From: Rhodospirillaceae bacterium
GTDB lineage: Bacteria > Pseudomonadota > Alphaproteobacteria > Rhodospirillales > Rhodospirillaceae
Reading direction: 5' to 3'
NCBI GenBank assembly: GCA_016793005.1
Contig: JAEUKL010000043.1
Span: forward strand, 1-40,018
Length of the DNA stretch: 40,018 nucleotides
The notes beneath the pieces were generated by a model. It worked only from the letters and a program-made list of their open reading frames with translations. It searched no databases and had not been told where the DNA came from. How positions within the stretch are numbered: position 1 is the stretch's first letter; every line of letters begins with the position of its first letter. The translations under genes and the position numbers were made by a program. Below are positions 1 to 7,957 of this stretch, piece after piece.

Positions 1-235
1 ACAGATGGCGGTCCTTCTCCCAGGGCACACGGCCATAAGCGCGGCCCCACCAAGTCCCGAAGTGCACCTTGCCGTCCGTCACTGACCCACAGGTCATTTT
101 ACGGGCGATGATCAGGGCATCGTCCGGGTTATTGACATCTAAAGTGCGCGAATTAGCCGAAATTGCATAAAATCCACTCAAAGATAGCGCCATGGCCATC
201 ATCAGAATCTTTTGTAGGCGTAGTTTATGGATCAT
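1..235 (-). CDS. Partial (N-terminal ~78 codons) secreted hypothetical protein, possibly DUF1838-like
   Basis: Absent from the ORF track because it runs off the window. The reverse strand reads GGGGGAGAAAA-ATG (SD, start at 235). It continues MIHKLRLQKILMMAMALSLSGFYAISANS (signal-peptide-like) ...KMTCGSVTDGKVHFGTWWGRAYGRVPWEKDRHL, open to position 1. The family guess is from memory only. Confidence 0.55.
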   Translation of the reverse strand, partial: MIHKLRLQKILMMAMALSLSGFYAISANSRTLDVNNPDDALIIARKMTCGSVTDGKVHFGTWWGRAYGRVPWEKDRHL

Positions 236-480
236 TTTTCTCCCCCTTTGCTGGAGGTCTGCATATCAGCCTGAATCCGGGCCGAACACAACGGTTCACA
301 AGCCGATGATGCCGCAGGTGCGAACCCGCGGGGTGGCCGGAAACCTATTGAAATCAACCACTTTTTGCCCGTACTCTCAGGCCCAAGCCTGCCCCCGCCT
401 TGGGGGCCGAACCGTCCGCGATCCAGCCAGCACCACGCATCTGGCCAGAGCTACGCGGTGTGATAGTGGGGAGAGTAGAA

Positions 481-2319
481 ATGAAGCGTTCGATTGCACC
501 GGGCCGTATTGCGGGTTGTTTTGCCGCGAGCATGCTGGCCGCGACGGCCTTGGTTCAGCCTGCCGCCGCCCAGCAATACAGCAACATGGTTGTGTTCGGT
601 GACTCGCTCTCCGATGCGGGGCGCTTGTTTGCGATCACGGGCGGAACCAACCCCGCCAGCCCGCCCTACGTGAACGGCCGGTTCTCGAACGGGCCGGTGT
701 GGGTTGAATTGCTGGCGCCGAAGTTGGGCTTCACCTTCAGCGGCGCCACAGACTTTGCCGTCGGCGGTGCTGAAAGCGGCACGGGCGGCCCTGTGGGCGT
801 CACCACGCAGGTGAACGGGCTTGCTGCAGCCACGACCTTCTCGGCAAACACGCTTGTGGTTCACTGGGCCGGCGCAAACGATCTGTTGAACCGTGCGTCG
901 ACCACACCGTCGGCCACGCTGATTGCGCAGACGGTCACGAACAACGTGACCAACATCAGCACGCTGGCCGCACGCGGTGCAAAAACGATTCTGGTCGGCA
1001 ACTTGCCCGATCTGGGCCGCACACCCGGCGGCGTTGGCTCCGGCAACGGCACGTCCCTGAGCGCCTTGACCCAAGCTTACAACGCATCGCTGGTCGCCCA
1101 GCTGCCCGCCATCGAAACCGCGCGCAATACCCGCATTGTTGTGTTGAATGCCTTTGGCCTGTTCAACGACGTGCTCGCGAACCCGTCGCGCTATGGCATC
1201 TCAAACACCACAATTCCCTGCATCACACCGGCGGGTGCTACGGGGGCGTGCGCCACAGCGGCAACAGCCGCAGCCAGCGCATTCTTTGATCCGATCCACC
1301 CCACCGCGACGTCCCATGCGGCCCTGGCCGATTTCGCCAAGGCTTCACTGGATCAGGATGCCAACGTGGCGCGCATCGGCGCTGTAACGTCGTTCATTGC
1401 GCCGCAGGTGCTCGATACGCTGCGCCAGACCACCTACGACCGCTTGAACGTCTTACGCATCACCAACGGCCGCGAACGTTCAACCCAGCCCATGAGCGTG
1501 TACGCCAGCGCCAAATACGCCAAAGGTGACCGCGATGACGGCGCCAACGTGGCGGGTTTTGATTACGACATGATTTCCTACACCTTGGGCTTTGACCGCG
1601 TGTACAGCGACGGCTTTGTCTTGGGTGGCGCGGCCCACTACATCGACGGCAACGTCGATCTGGTCAATTCGCGCGGCACGCAAGATTTCAATGCGGCGGC
1701 ATTCTCGGCCTACTTCGGTTATCGCAATTCAAACCTGTGGGTTGATCTGTCGGGTGCCGGCAGTTGGGAAAACTATGACTTGGTGCGTAACACCGGTTTC
1801 GCACCGCGTGCGGCAGCCTTGGGCGATACCAGCGGCAACAGTTTCTATGTGGCCTTGGATGCAGGCGTGAACCTGTTGGATGAAGGCTCGGCTTGGTCGG
1901 CAGGCCCCATCGGCGGCGTGCGTTACCTCAACGCTGATATCGACGCCTACACCGAAACCGATGCCGCCATGCTGAACACCTCAGTGGCCGAGCAAAGCAA
2001 CAAGAGCGTCATTGGCTCGATCGGCTTGCAGGCCTCGGGCTTGTTTGTTTCGGGCGGCACGGCCATCGCCCCGCATATCCGCGTGGTCTACGAAAACCAG
2101 ATTGATAAGTTGGATCATGCCGTCGCCGTGACCAACGATGTCGGCCAAGTTCGCCGCGCGACCGGCGGCACGGGCACGGACGATTACATCCTGGTTGGTG
2201 CGGGTTTGAACATCCAAGCCAGTTCCAGTCTGTCTTTCACGCTGGATTATGAAGGTACTATCGACCGTTCGGACGGTAAGGATCATGCGGTTGTCGGCCG
2301 CGTGGTGTATTCGTTCTAA
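481..2319 (+). CDS. GDSL/SGNH esterase-lipase autotransporter (EstA-like type Va)
   Basis: SGNH blocks are present: VVFGDSLSDAG, GANDL and DPIHPT. The signal peptide MKRSIAPGRIAGCFAASMLAATALVQPAAA follows SD GGGGAGAG. The C-terminal ~280 aa has alternating beta-strand character and ends in the aromatic VVYSF, typical of an autotransporter barrel. The track ORF starts at 400; ATG 481 is preferred. Confidence 0.9.
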   Translation: MKRSIAPGRIAGCFAASMLAATALVQPAAAQQYSNMVVFGDSLSDAGRLFAITGGTNPASPPYVNGRFSNGPVWVELLAPKLGFTFSGATDFAVGGAESGTGGPVGVTTQVNGLAAATTFSANTLVVHWAGANDLLNRASTTPSATLIAQTVTNNVTNISTLAARGAKTILVGNLPDLGRTPGGVGSGNGTSLSALTQAYNASLVAQLPAIETARNTRIVVLNAFGLFNDVLANPSRYGISNTTIPCITPAGATGACATAATAAASAFFDPIHPTATSHAALADFAKASLDQDANVARIGAVTSFIAPQVLDTLRQTTYDRLNVLRITNGRERSTQPMSVYASAKYAKGDRDDGANVAGFDYDMISYTLGFDRVYSDGFVLGGAAHYIDGNVDLVNSRGTQDFNAAAFSAYFGYRNSNLWVDLSGAGSWENYDLVRNTGFAPRAAALGDTSGNSFYVALDAGVNLLDEGSAWSAGPIGGVRYLNADIDAYTETDAAMLNTSVAEQSNKSVIGSIGLQASGLFVSGGTAIAPHIRVVYENQIDKLDHAVAVTNDVGQVRRATGGTGTDDYILVGAGLNIQASSSLSFTLDYEGTIDRSDGKDHAVVGRVVYSF

Positions 2320-2384
2320 GGCGGTGTATTCGGTCTAGAAAGGCTTATCCTTTTTAGCCGGAGCATCGCGCGTGTTGGATTTTG

Positions 2385-2421
2385 AAATCGGCGCTGTATC
2401 ATCAGCGCCGATTTTGCTTTT
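2385..2421 (+). terminator. Rho-independent terminator after the autotransporter gene
   Basis: AAATCGGCGCTG-tatcat-CAGCGCCGATTT forms a 12-bp stem, followed by TGCTTTT. Confidence 0.75.
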
Positions 2422-2461
2422 CAGGCTAAACTTTCATTATTGCTGTTGAACGGACGTACAC

Positions 2462-3883
2462 ATGGCCAATCCTGTTTTCTCTGCCCGCAACCCGCGCACC
2501 GGTGTGCATGACTATCAGTGCGAGCACACCACGTCCGCCGAGCTGGATGAAATTGTGAAGCGCCTGCGCAAGACCCAACCGGTGTGGGCCGCACTGAAGG
2601 TCGAGGAGCGGTTCAAGGCCCTGCAGGATTTTGTCAGTGCGGTCGAGAAGAACGGCGAGAAAGTGTTGGCGGCCTTGAAGGCCGACACGGGCCGGGTGCG
2701 TATCGCTCAACTTGAATTCCACGCCTTACGCAGCGTGCTGGATCGCGTGGGGGCTGATGCGCGCGCCATGCTGGTGGATGTTCCCGCCAAGCCGACGATG
2801 GTGCCGCACATTCATGGCTCGGGGCACTATGTGCCTTACGGGATCATGGGCAACATCACGCCGTGGAATTTCCCATTGTTGCTGTCGTTCATCGATACCT
2901 TCCCGGCGTTGATCGCGGGCAATGCCGTCGTCATCAAACCCAGTGAAGTGACGCCGCGTTGGGTCGATCCGATCCGTGAAGCCTTGAAAGAGGTGCCCGC
3001 CGTCAATGATGTGTTGGTGTTCGCCCGCGGCCCCGGCGATACGGGTGCGGCTTTGATCGAGCGCGTGGATTTTGTCAGCTTCACCGGCAGCGTGCGCACC
3101 GGCCGCAAAGTTGCCGAAGCGGCAGCGCGGCGCTTCATTCCGGTGTTCCTGGAACTGGGCGGCAAAGACCCCGCCGTCGTGTTGGCGTCGGCGAATGTCG
3201 ACATGGCCACCTCGGGTATTTTGCGCGCAACCGTTGCCGCCACGGGTCAGGCCTGTCAGTCCTTAGAGCGTGTGTATGTGGCCCGGCCCATCTACGATCA
3301 GTTCGTGGCCCAGATCACCGAGAAGGCGAAGGCCGTCACGATTGACATGGACGATGCCGAGAACGGTTTTGTCGGGCCCTTCATTTTTGATCGTCAGGCA
3401 GAAATTGTCGCCGACCACGTGCGCGATGCCGTGGCCAAGGGCGCCAAAGTTCTGACGGGCGGCGAACTTTTATCCAAAGGCGGGAAGTGGATGCGCCCCA
3501 CGGTGATTGTGGACGTAAATCACAAAATGAAAGTGATGACCGAAGAAACGTTTGGCCCCGTCATTCCCATCATGCCGTTTGACACTGTGGATGAAGCCGT
3601 CGGCCTGGCCAACGACACGGTGTATGGATTGTCGGCTTCTGTGTACGGTGATGAGGCCGATGCCATGCCGGTCGCACGCCGTCTGAACGGCGGCGCGGTC
3701 AGCATCAACGACGGTTCACTGACCGCCATGGTGCAGGATACGGCTCATGAATCGTTTGGGCTGTCGGGCATGGGGGCCAGCCGTTTTGGTCCTGAAGGCG
3801 TGTTGCGTTATGTGCGCCGCAAGGCGCTCTTGAACAACACCAAAGGCCCGATGGATGTGGGCGGTAAAATCGTACCGCTTTAG
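2462..3883 (+). CDS. NAD(P)-dependent aldehyde dehydrogenase family protein
   Basis: 473 aa. ALDH hallmarks are FLELGGKDP (catalytic Glu region), GQACQSLERVYV (catalytic Cys), FTGSVRTGRKV and EETFGPV. Confidence 0.9.
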   Translation: MANPVFSARNPRTGVHDYQCEHTTSAELDEIVKRLRKTQPVWAALKVEERFKALQDFVSAVEKNGEKVLAALKADTGRVRIAQLEFHALRSVLDRVGADARAMLVDVPAKPTMVPHIHGSGHYVPYGIMGNITPWNFPLLLSFIDTFPALIAGNAVVIKPSEVTPRWVDPIREALKEVPAVNDVLVFARGPGDTGAALIERVDFVSFTGSVRTGRKVAEAAARRFIPVFLELGGKDPAVVLASANVDMATSGILRATVAATGQACQSLERVYVARPIYDQFVAQITEKAKAVTIDMDDAENGFVGPFIFDRQAEIVADHVRDAVAKGAKVLTGGELLSKGGKWMRPTVIVDVNHKMKVMTEETFGPVIPIMPFDTVDEAVGLANDTVYGLSASVYGDEADAMPVARRLNGGAVSINDGSLTAMVQDTAHESFGLSGMGASRFGPEGVLRYVRRKALLNNTKGPMDVGGKIVPL

Positions 3884-3935
3884 TAAATCGCTGATTTTCT
3901 TTCGATTTTTCCGATGATTTTCTTGCGCCCCCGGC

Positions 3936-3963
3936 CTTGACGGTTGGGAGCCGCATCTTAAAT
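3936..3963 (+). promoter_or_regulatory. Candidate sigma70-type promoter for the hsp20 gene
   Basis: cTTGACg (3936-3942) and TTAAAT (3958-3963) with a 15-16 nt spacer. This would give a ~120-nt leader, the usual size of ROSE leaders. Sequence pattern only. Confidence 0.35.
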
Positions 3964-4064
3964 GCAAGGGTGTCAGGTGCCTTTCAGGGCCTGGCAGGGT
4001 GAAACGGCGCGGCCCATCGGGCGCGCATTCTGAAACCTCAGAACGCCCTTAAACGCGCCGCTTG

Positions 4065-4091
4065 TTATTGCTCATCGGAGGATAACCCATG
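4065..4091 (+). promoter_or_regulatory. ROSE-like RNA thermometer hairpin masking the hsp20 SD
   Basis: UUAUUGCUC (4065-4073) pairs with GAGGAUAA (4078-4085) over an AUCG loop, with G4070 bulged. The U(U/C)GCU anti-SD motif lies at 4068-4072, SD GGAGGA at 4077-4082 and AUG at 4089. Confidence 0.55.
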
Positions 4092-4553
4092 CGTACTTTT
4101 GATCTGTCTCCCCTGTTCCGCGCCACTGTCGGCTTCGACAACTTGTCGCGCGTTTTTGACACCGTAACGCGCTTGGATGAAGCGCAAGTGTCGTACCCCC
4201 CGTACAACATCGCCAAAAACGGCGCCGATGATTATCGCATCACCTTTGCGGTCGCAGGCTTTGCCGAGTCCGACATCGATGTTCAGGTGGAAAACAACAC
4301 GCTGACGGTGAAAGGCAAAACCGGCAGCGATACCGAAGCCGTAACCTATCTCCATCGCGGCATCGCGGGCCGTTCGTTCGAACGCCGCTTCGAGTTGGCC
4401 GACCATATCCAAGTTGTCGGTGCGCGAATGGAAAACGGTTTGCTCCACATCGAGCTTAAGCGCGAAATCCCTGAAGCCCTTAAGCCGCGACGCATCCAGG
4501 TCTCCGCGGGGACCTCCGCGCAAGCCCCGACGCTGACCGCGAAAGCGGCCTAA
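4089..4553 (+). CDS. Small heat-shock protein, Hsp20/alpha-crystallin family (IbpA-like)
   Basis: 154 aa. MRTFDLSPLFRATVGFDNL...YPPYNI...YRITFAVAGF...LTVKG...ENGLLHIEL is the typical class A sHsp pattern. Confidence 0.92.
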   Translation: MRTFDLSPLFRATVGFDNLSRVFDTVTRLDEAQVSYPPYNIAKNGADDYRITFAVAGFAESDIDVQVENNTLTVKGKTGSDTEAVTYLHRGIAGRSFERRFELADHIQVVGARMENGLLHIELKREIPEALKPRRIQVSAGTSAQAPTLTAKAA

Positions 4554-4598
4554 CACTTTAGTCCCGGATATTCCGTCAGATGTCCGGGTGTTGACGAA

Positions 4599-4675
4599 CC
4601 TGTGGCCGGTTGCTCAGTCTCATTCTAAGGCCCCCCTCCCTTAGCGACTGACCCCGGCCACAGGGCTTCGTTTTT
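4599..4675 (+). terminator. Long-hairpin terminator after hsp20
   Basis: CCTGTGGCCGG (4599-4609) pairs with CCGGCCACAGG (4654-4664). The stem encloses an inner CTAAGG/CCTTAG hairpin and is followed by CTTCGTTTTT. Confidence 0.6.
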
Positions 4676-4704
4676 CCCTACAAGTTTCCCCATACCTTGG
4701 CGTT

Positions 4705-5226
4705 ATGATCGCGAACATGAGCGACAGCGCCATCATTGCTTTCTATAGAGGTCACGGCACAGATCACGCCGGGCGGCGCATGGCCGACATCCTGGCGTGG
4801 GATCATCGCCGCCTGGAAATGGTTCACGACTATATCCAGTGGCTGTTCCCGCTACCTGAAGCGAGCAGGTTTAATCCGGATGCGCCGTTGTTATCGGCCG
4901 CCGACAAAGCCGAATTCCGCGCATCGCCTGAACTGCAAGCCAAAGTACTTCAATCGCTTGATGTGATGCTGGGTTTTTATGGCCTGGCGCGCACCCCATC
5001 CGACATTCAGCGCGGTCCAGTCTGGCAAAGCACGCAGCATTGGCTGGCGCCGCTCAACCATAATCACTTGCGCCTGACGCGTATTCTTCTGTTCTTGGGG
5101 CACATTGGATTACCCGATGTCGCAGCGCAGTTGTTAAAGGTGCTGAACGACATTGCCGTCAACGAAGGGCATAAAATGGTCTCTCCGCGCACGTTGTCGT
5201 TTTGGCACGATGCCGTTCCGCGCTAA
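4705..5226 (+). CDS. Opioid growth factor receptor (OGFr) N-terminal-domain-like protein
   Basis: 173 aa. HDYIQWLFPLPEASRFNPDAPLL..., MLGFYGL and HNHLRLTRILLFLGHIGL match the conserved core of the OGFr_N family as I remember it (HSYIQWLFPL, MLGFYG, HNxLRITRILKSLG). Confidence 0.8.
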   Translation: MIANMSDSAIIAFYRGHGTDHAGRRMADILAWDHRRLEMVHDYIQWLFPLPEASRFNPDAPLLSAADKAEFRASPELQAKVLQSLDVMLGFYGLARTPSDIQRGPVWQSTQHWLAPLNHNHLRLTRILLFLGHIGLPDVAAQLLKVLNDIAVNEGHKMVSPRTLSFWHDAVPR

Positions 5227-5368
5227 GCGTGCATTGTTCTGCGACAAGTCGCGCCATTGTTTGAGACACGCGGCCTGCGGCGGGTTGACCGTTGTCTCAG
5301 CCTTTCATTGTTTCGCATGATTGATATGGTGCGCGCCTGTTCGTTTGGGGCTTGGAGGGGGCGCGCGC

Positions 5369-6037
5369 ATGCCGAAGGCAAAACAACTTCCGTACCGCGA
5401 CTTCGTTACTCTACCCGCCGAGATAATGCGGGTTCAGGCCGAGTCCTTCAAAGCCAGTATGATTCGCCGCCGCTCGGTGCGGCAGTATGATTCAAAGCCC
5501 GTTGACCGTGCCATCATTGATGCGTGTCTGCAGGCAGCGCACAGCGCGCCCAGCGGGGCCAACATGCAGCCGTGGCATTTCGTGGTCGTTACCGACCCTG
5601 CCGTGAAATCTGAAATCCGCGTTCATGCCGAAAAAGAAGAACGCGAGTTTTACAACGGACGCGCCGGCCAGGAATGGACCAAGGCTGTGGAACCTATGGG
5701 CACCGGGCCATCAAAACCTTTTCTGGATTCTGCGCCGTATCTGATTGTCGTCTTTCAGAAGAACTATGCCGTTACGTCAAGCCATCAGCGCGTCAACCAT
5801 TACTATGTCTCGGAGAGTGTTGGCATCGCGGTCGGGATCCTGGTGGCAGGATTGCAGCATGCAGGCGTCGCAACCTTGATTCACACGCCGCGCCCCATGG
5901 GCTTCTTGCGTAAAATTCTGAAGCGCCCCGTCAATGAACGGGCCTGCATGATTGTTATGGCCGGATACCCGGCCGCAAATGCCACTGTTCCAGTACTGAA
6001 GAAAAAGCTGTTCAGTCAGGTTGTGACTTATATCTAG
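5369..6037 (+). CDS. Nitroreductase-superfamily flavoprotein, iodotyrosine deiodinase (IYD)-like
   Basis: RRSVRQY...APSGANMQPWHFVVV is the nitroreductase core. The lid segment EKEEREFY...KPFLDSAPYLIVVF resembles the Glu/Tyr/Lys signature of IYD. ATG 5369 follows GGAGGGGG; the track ORF from 5321 is probably an over-extension. Confidence 0.85.
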   Translation: MPKAKQLPYRDFVTLPAEIMRVQAESFKASMIRRRSVRQYDSKPVDRAIIDACLQAAHSAPSGANMQPWHFVVVTDPAVKSEIRVHAEKEEREFYNGRAGQEWTKAVEPMGTGPSKPFLDSAPYLIVVFQKNYAVTSSHQRVNHYYVSESVGIAVGILVAGLQHAGVATLIHTPRPMGFLRKILKRPVNERACMIVMAGYPAANATVPVLKKKLFSQVVTYI

Positions 6038-6059
6038 CGCCGTCTCATGCGCCGCCCGC

Positions 6060-6791
6060 TTACTTTGGCGGTGCGAACAGATAGCCGCCATTGCGGATCG
6101 TTTGAATCATATCCGGCTTAGTGGGGTCATCCTCGATCTTCCGGCGCAGTCGATTGACTGTCACGTCAATGCTCCGATCAAAGGCGGGTTCGTTGTTGTC
6201 GGCGTAAACCAGATCCAACAACTGGCTGCGCGTCAGTACACAGTGCGGACGCTCGACCAAGGCTTTCAGCAGGTTAAATTCGGTGGTGGTCAGGCGGCTT
6301 TTTTCTCCGTTCTTGGTGATCGTGCGCCCCGCCACATCGAACTGAAAGATGCCGTAGTCATAACTTGGTGCCTGGGCCGCCCCGTCCGTGGCGACGGTAT
6401 AAGTTTCACTCAAGCGGCGTAGCAGGCTTTTCACACGGGCAATCAACTCACGGCCATTGAAGGGCTTTTGAATGTAGTCGTCTGCGCCGACCTCCAGGCC
6501 AACTACGCGGTCTGTCAGATCGCTGGCCGCCGATAAAATGATCACGCCCGTGCCGGGTATGGCGCGCATGCGTTTAACCAGTTCAAATCCGTCGATATCG
6601 GGTAGGCGTAAATCGACAATGCAGAGATCGAATTTGGTTTGCGCCATGGCTTTGCCGGCCTGTGCACCGGTTTCGGCTGTCGTGACGTCAAAACCGGCGC
6701 TGGACAGGACATCCTTCACCGTGTCGGCCATCGCCGTATCGTCTTCCACAACTAAAATCTTATTGCGTGGCATGACGGTCGCTGGGCCCAT
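6060..6791 (-). CDS. OmpR/PhoB-family response regulator (receiver + winged-helix)
   Basis: The receiver reads ILVVEDD...DLCIVDLRLPDIDG...KPF, and the C-terminal winged helix reads LTTTEFNLLKAL...TVNRLRRKIE...IQTIRNGGYLF. The start could instead be ATG 6773 (MPRNKILVVEDD). Confidence 0.9.
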   Translation of the reverse strand: MGPATVMPRNKILVVEDDTAMADTVKDVLSSAGFDVTTAETGAQAGKAMAQTKFDLCIVDLRLPDIDGFELVKRMRAIPGTGVIILSAASDLTDRVVGLEVGADDYIQKPFNGRELIARVKSLLRRLSETYTVATDGAAQAPSYDYGIFQFDVAGRTITKNGEKSRLTTTEFNLLKALVERPHCVLTRSQLLDLVYADNNEPAFDRSIDVTVNRLRRKIEDDPTKPDMIQTIRNGGYLFAPPK

Positions 6792-7203
6792 TTAACTCGG
6801 AAGAGGACGTTTTGAACCGCTTTCTCTCAGGCCTGATGCTCGCTTGATACGTGCAGAGCAGACCCAAAACTTAGCCGCGGGGTTTCTATATGGCACACCT
6901 TGTGGCTTCATATTTCAAGTCTGAAATATCCCTAAAAACCATAGGTTATGGAGCCTGCGGGTGGAAAATAAGGGGCAAGCGTTCCACTTCAGGACCTTTT
7001 CACCCCAGCGCGAAAAACCGTCGCCCGCCAAAGTTTTAACACTGCACGAGCCTGGGGGTGCGCATCCAAGTCTCAACGTGCGATCATCCTATTCATCGAA
7101 AGGTGAGGGGGCTTACACCCACAGACCGCCCAAAGCGCCGTGAGACAATTCGAAACAACCGCAATCTGCGCATCACACCGCCGCATTCCGCAACTATTAG
7201 TTT

Positions 7204-7790
7204 ATGTCTCGTCAGTCAATGCGGCCGCAACGAATTCTCTCGACGCATGTGCCGATTTTCCGCTCCGCAAAAAGCTTGCGCCTTGAGAACCTCAACAGTT
7301 TTTTCCGCCGGGCGTCCAATATCAAAATTTGGCTGCTGACGATTGCAATACTGGCTGCGGGTATTGCGGGCTCGGTCTTGGTCTACCAAAGAATTTACGC
7401 CAATCACATTGCGCTCATCCAAGAGCGTTTACATGGCCAAGCCGAGCATCAGCGCTTACGCGAACGCGCGATCGAGTCATCACAAAACCGCATCCTGATT
7501 GTCGACGCGCGAAAAGAAGGTCTGCCGATTACGTTCTGCAATAGCGCGGTACAACGCCTCACGGGCTATGCCGCTGCCGAGGTTATTGGTCGGAATTGTA
7601 GTTTCTTACAGGCAGGAGATTTGGACCAGCCGGAAATCCAGCCATACGCCGCGCGCTATCAGAAGCTAAATCCGTGCCTGTCATGCTGCGCAACTACAAA
7701 AAAGACGGCACGATGTTCTGGAACGAACTGCACATCGATCCGGCTTTGTTGATTTCGCAAATCTGGGGCATGGCAACCGCGGCCGATTGA
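7204..7790 (+). pseudogene. Membrane-anchored LOV/PAS sensor gene, frameshifted and 3'-truncated
   Basis: The frame starting at 7204 gives a TM helix (IKIWLLTIAILAAGIAGSVLVY), a linker, then LOV N-half ...ITFCNSAVQRLTGYAAAEVIGRNCSFLQAGDLDQPEIQ followed by a Cys/Ser-rich nonsense tail (stop 7750-7752). The frame from 7641 reads AIRRALSEAKSVPVMLRNYKKDGTMFWNELHIDPAL..., the LOV C-half, with stop at 7788-7790. No Ibeta strand or effector domain follows. Confidence 0.6.
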
Positions 7791-7957
7791 TCGACGATCA
7801 AGCGCACCCTCAAATCATTCATAACCGTCGCCCGTCTTTTTAAGCGTGCCGCAATGCCCCTTGCGGCACGATGCCGGCCCGCGCGATAGTTTCCCCAGAC
7901 GCTGGCATTCACGCTGGCCCTTAAATTTCCGACAGGCTCTGGGGAGGGTCGTTCACA

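Noticed and set aside
6792-7203. Short ORFs (6961..7143, 7058..7339) in the long response regulator to LOV intergenic spacer
   Set aside because: There is no SD, the translations are Pro/Arg/Ser-rich, and no motif was recognised. The spacer is noted only as unusually long within the LOV finding.
7836-7868. Hairpin GTGCCGCAA-tgcccc-TTGCGGCAC downstream of the LOV remnant as a terminator
   Set aside because: The T-run lies 5' of the stem on the plus strand, there is no U-tract after it on either strand, and it sits just upstream of the DUF885 start. Its function is indeterminate.
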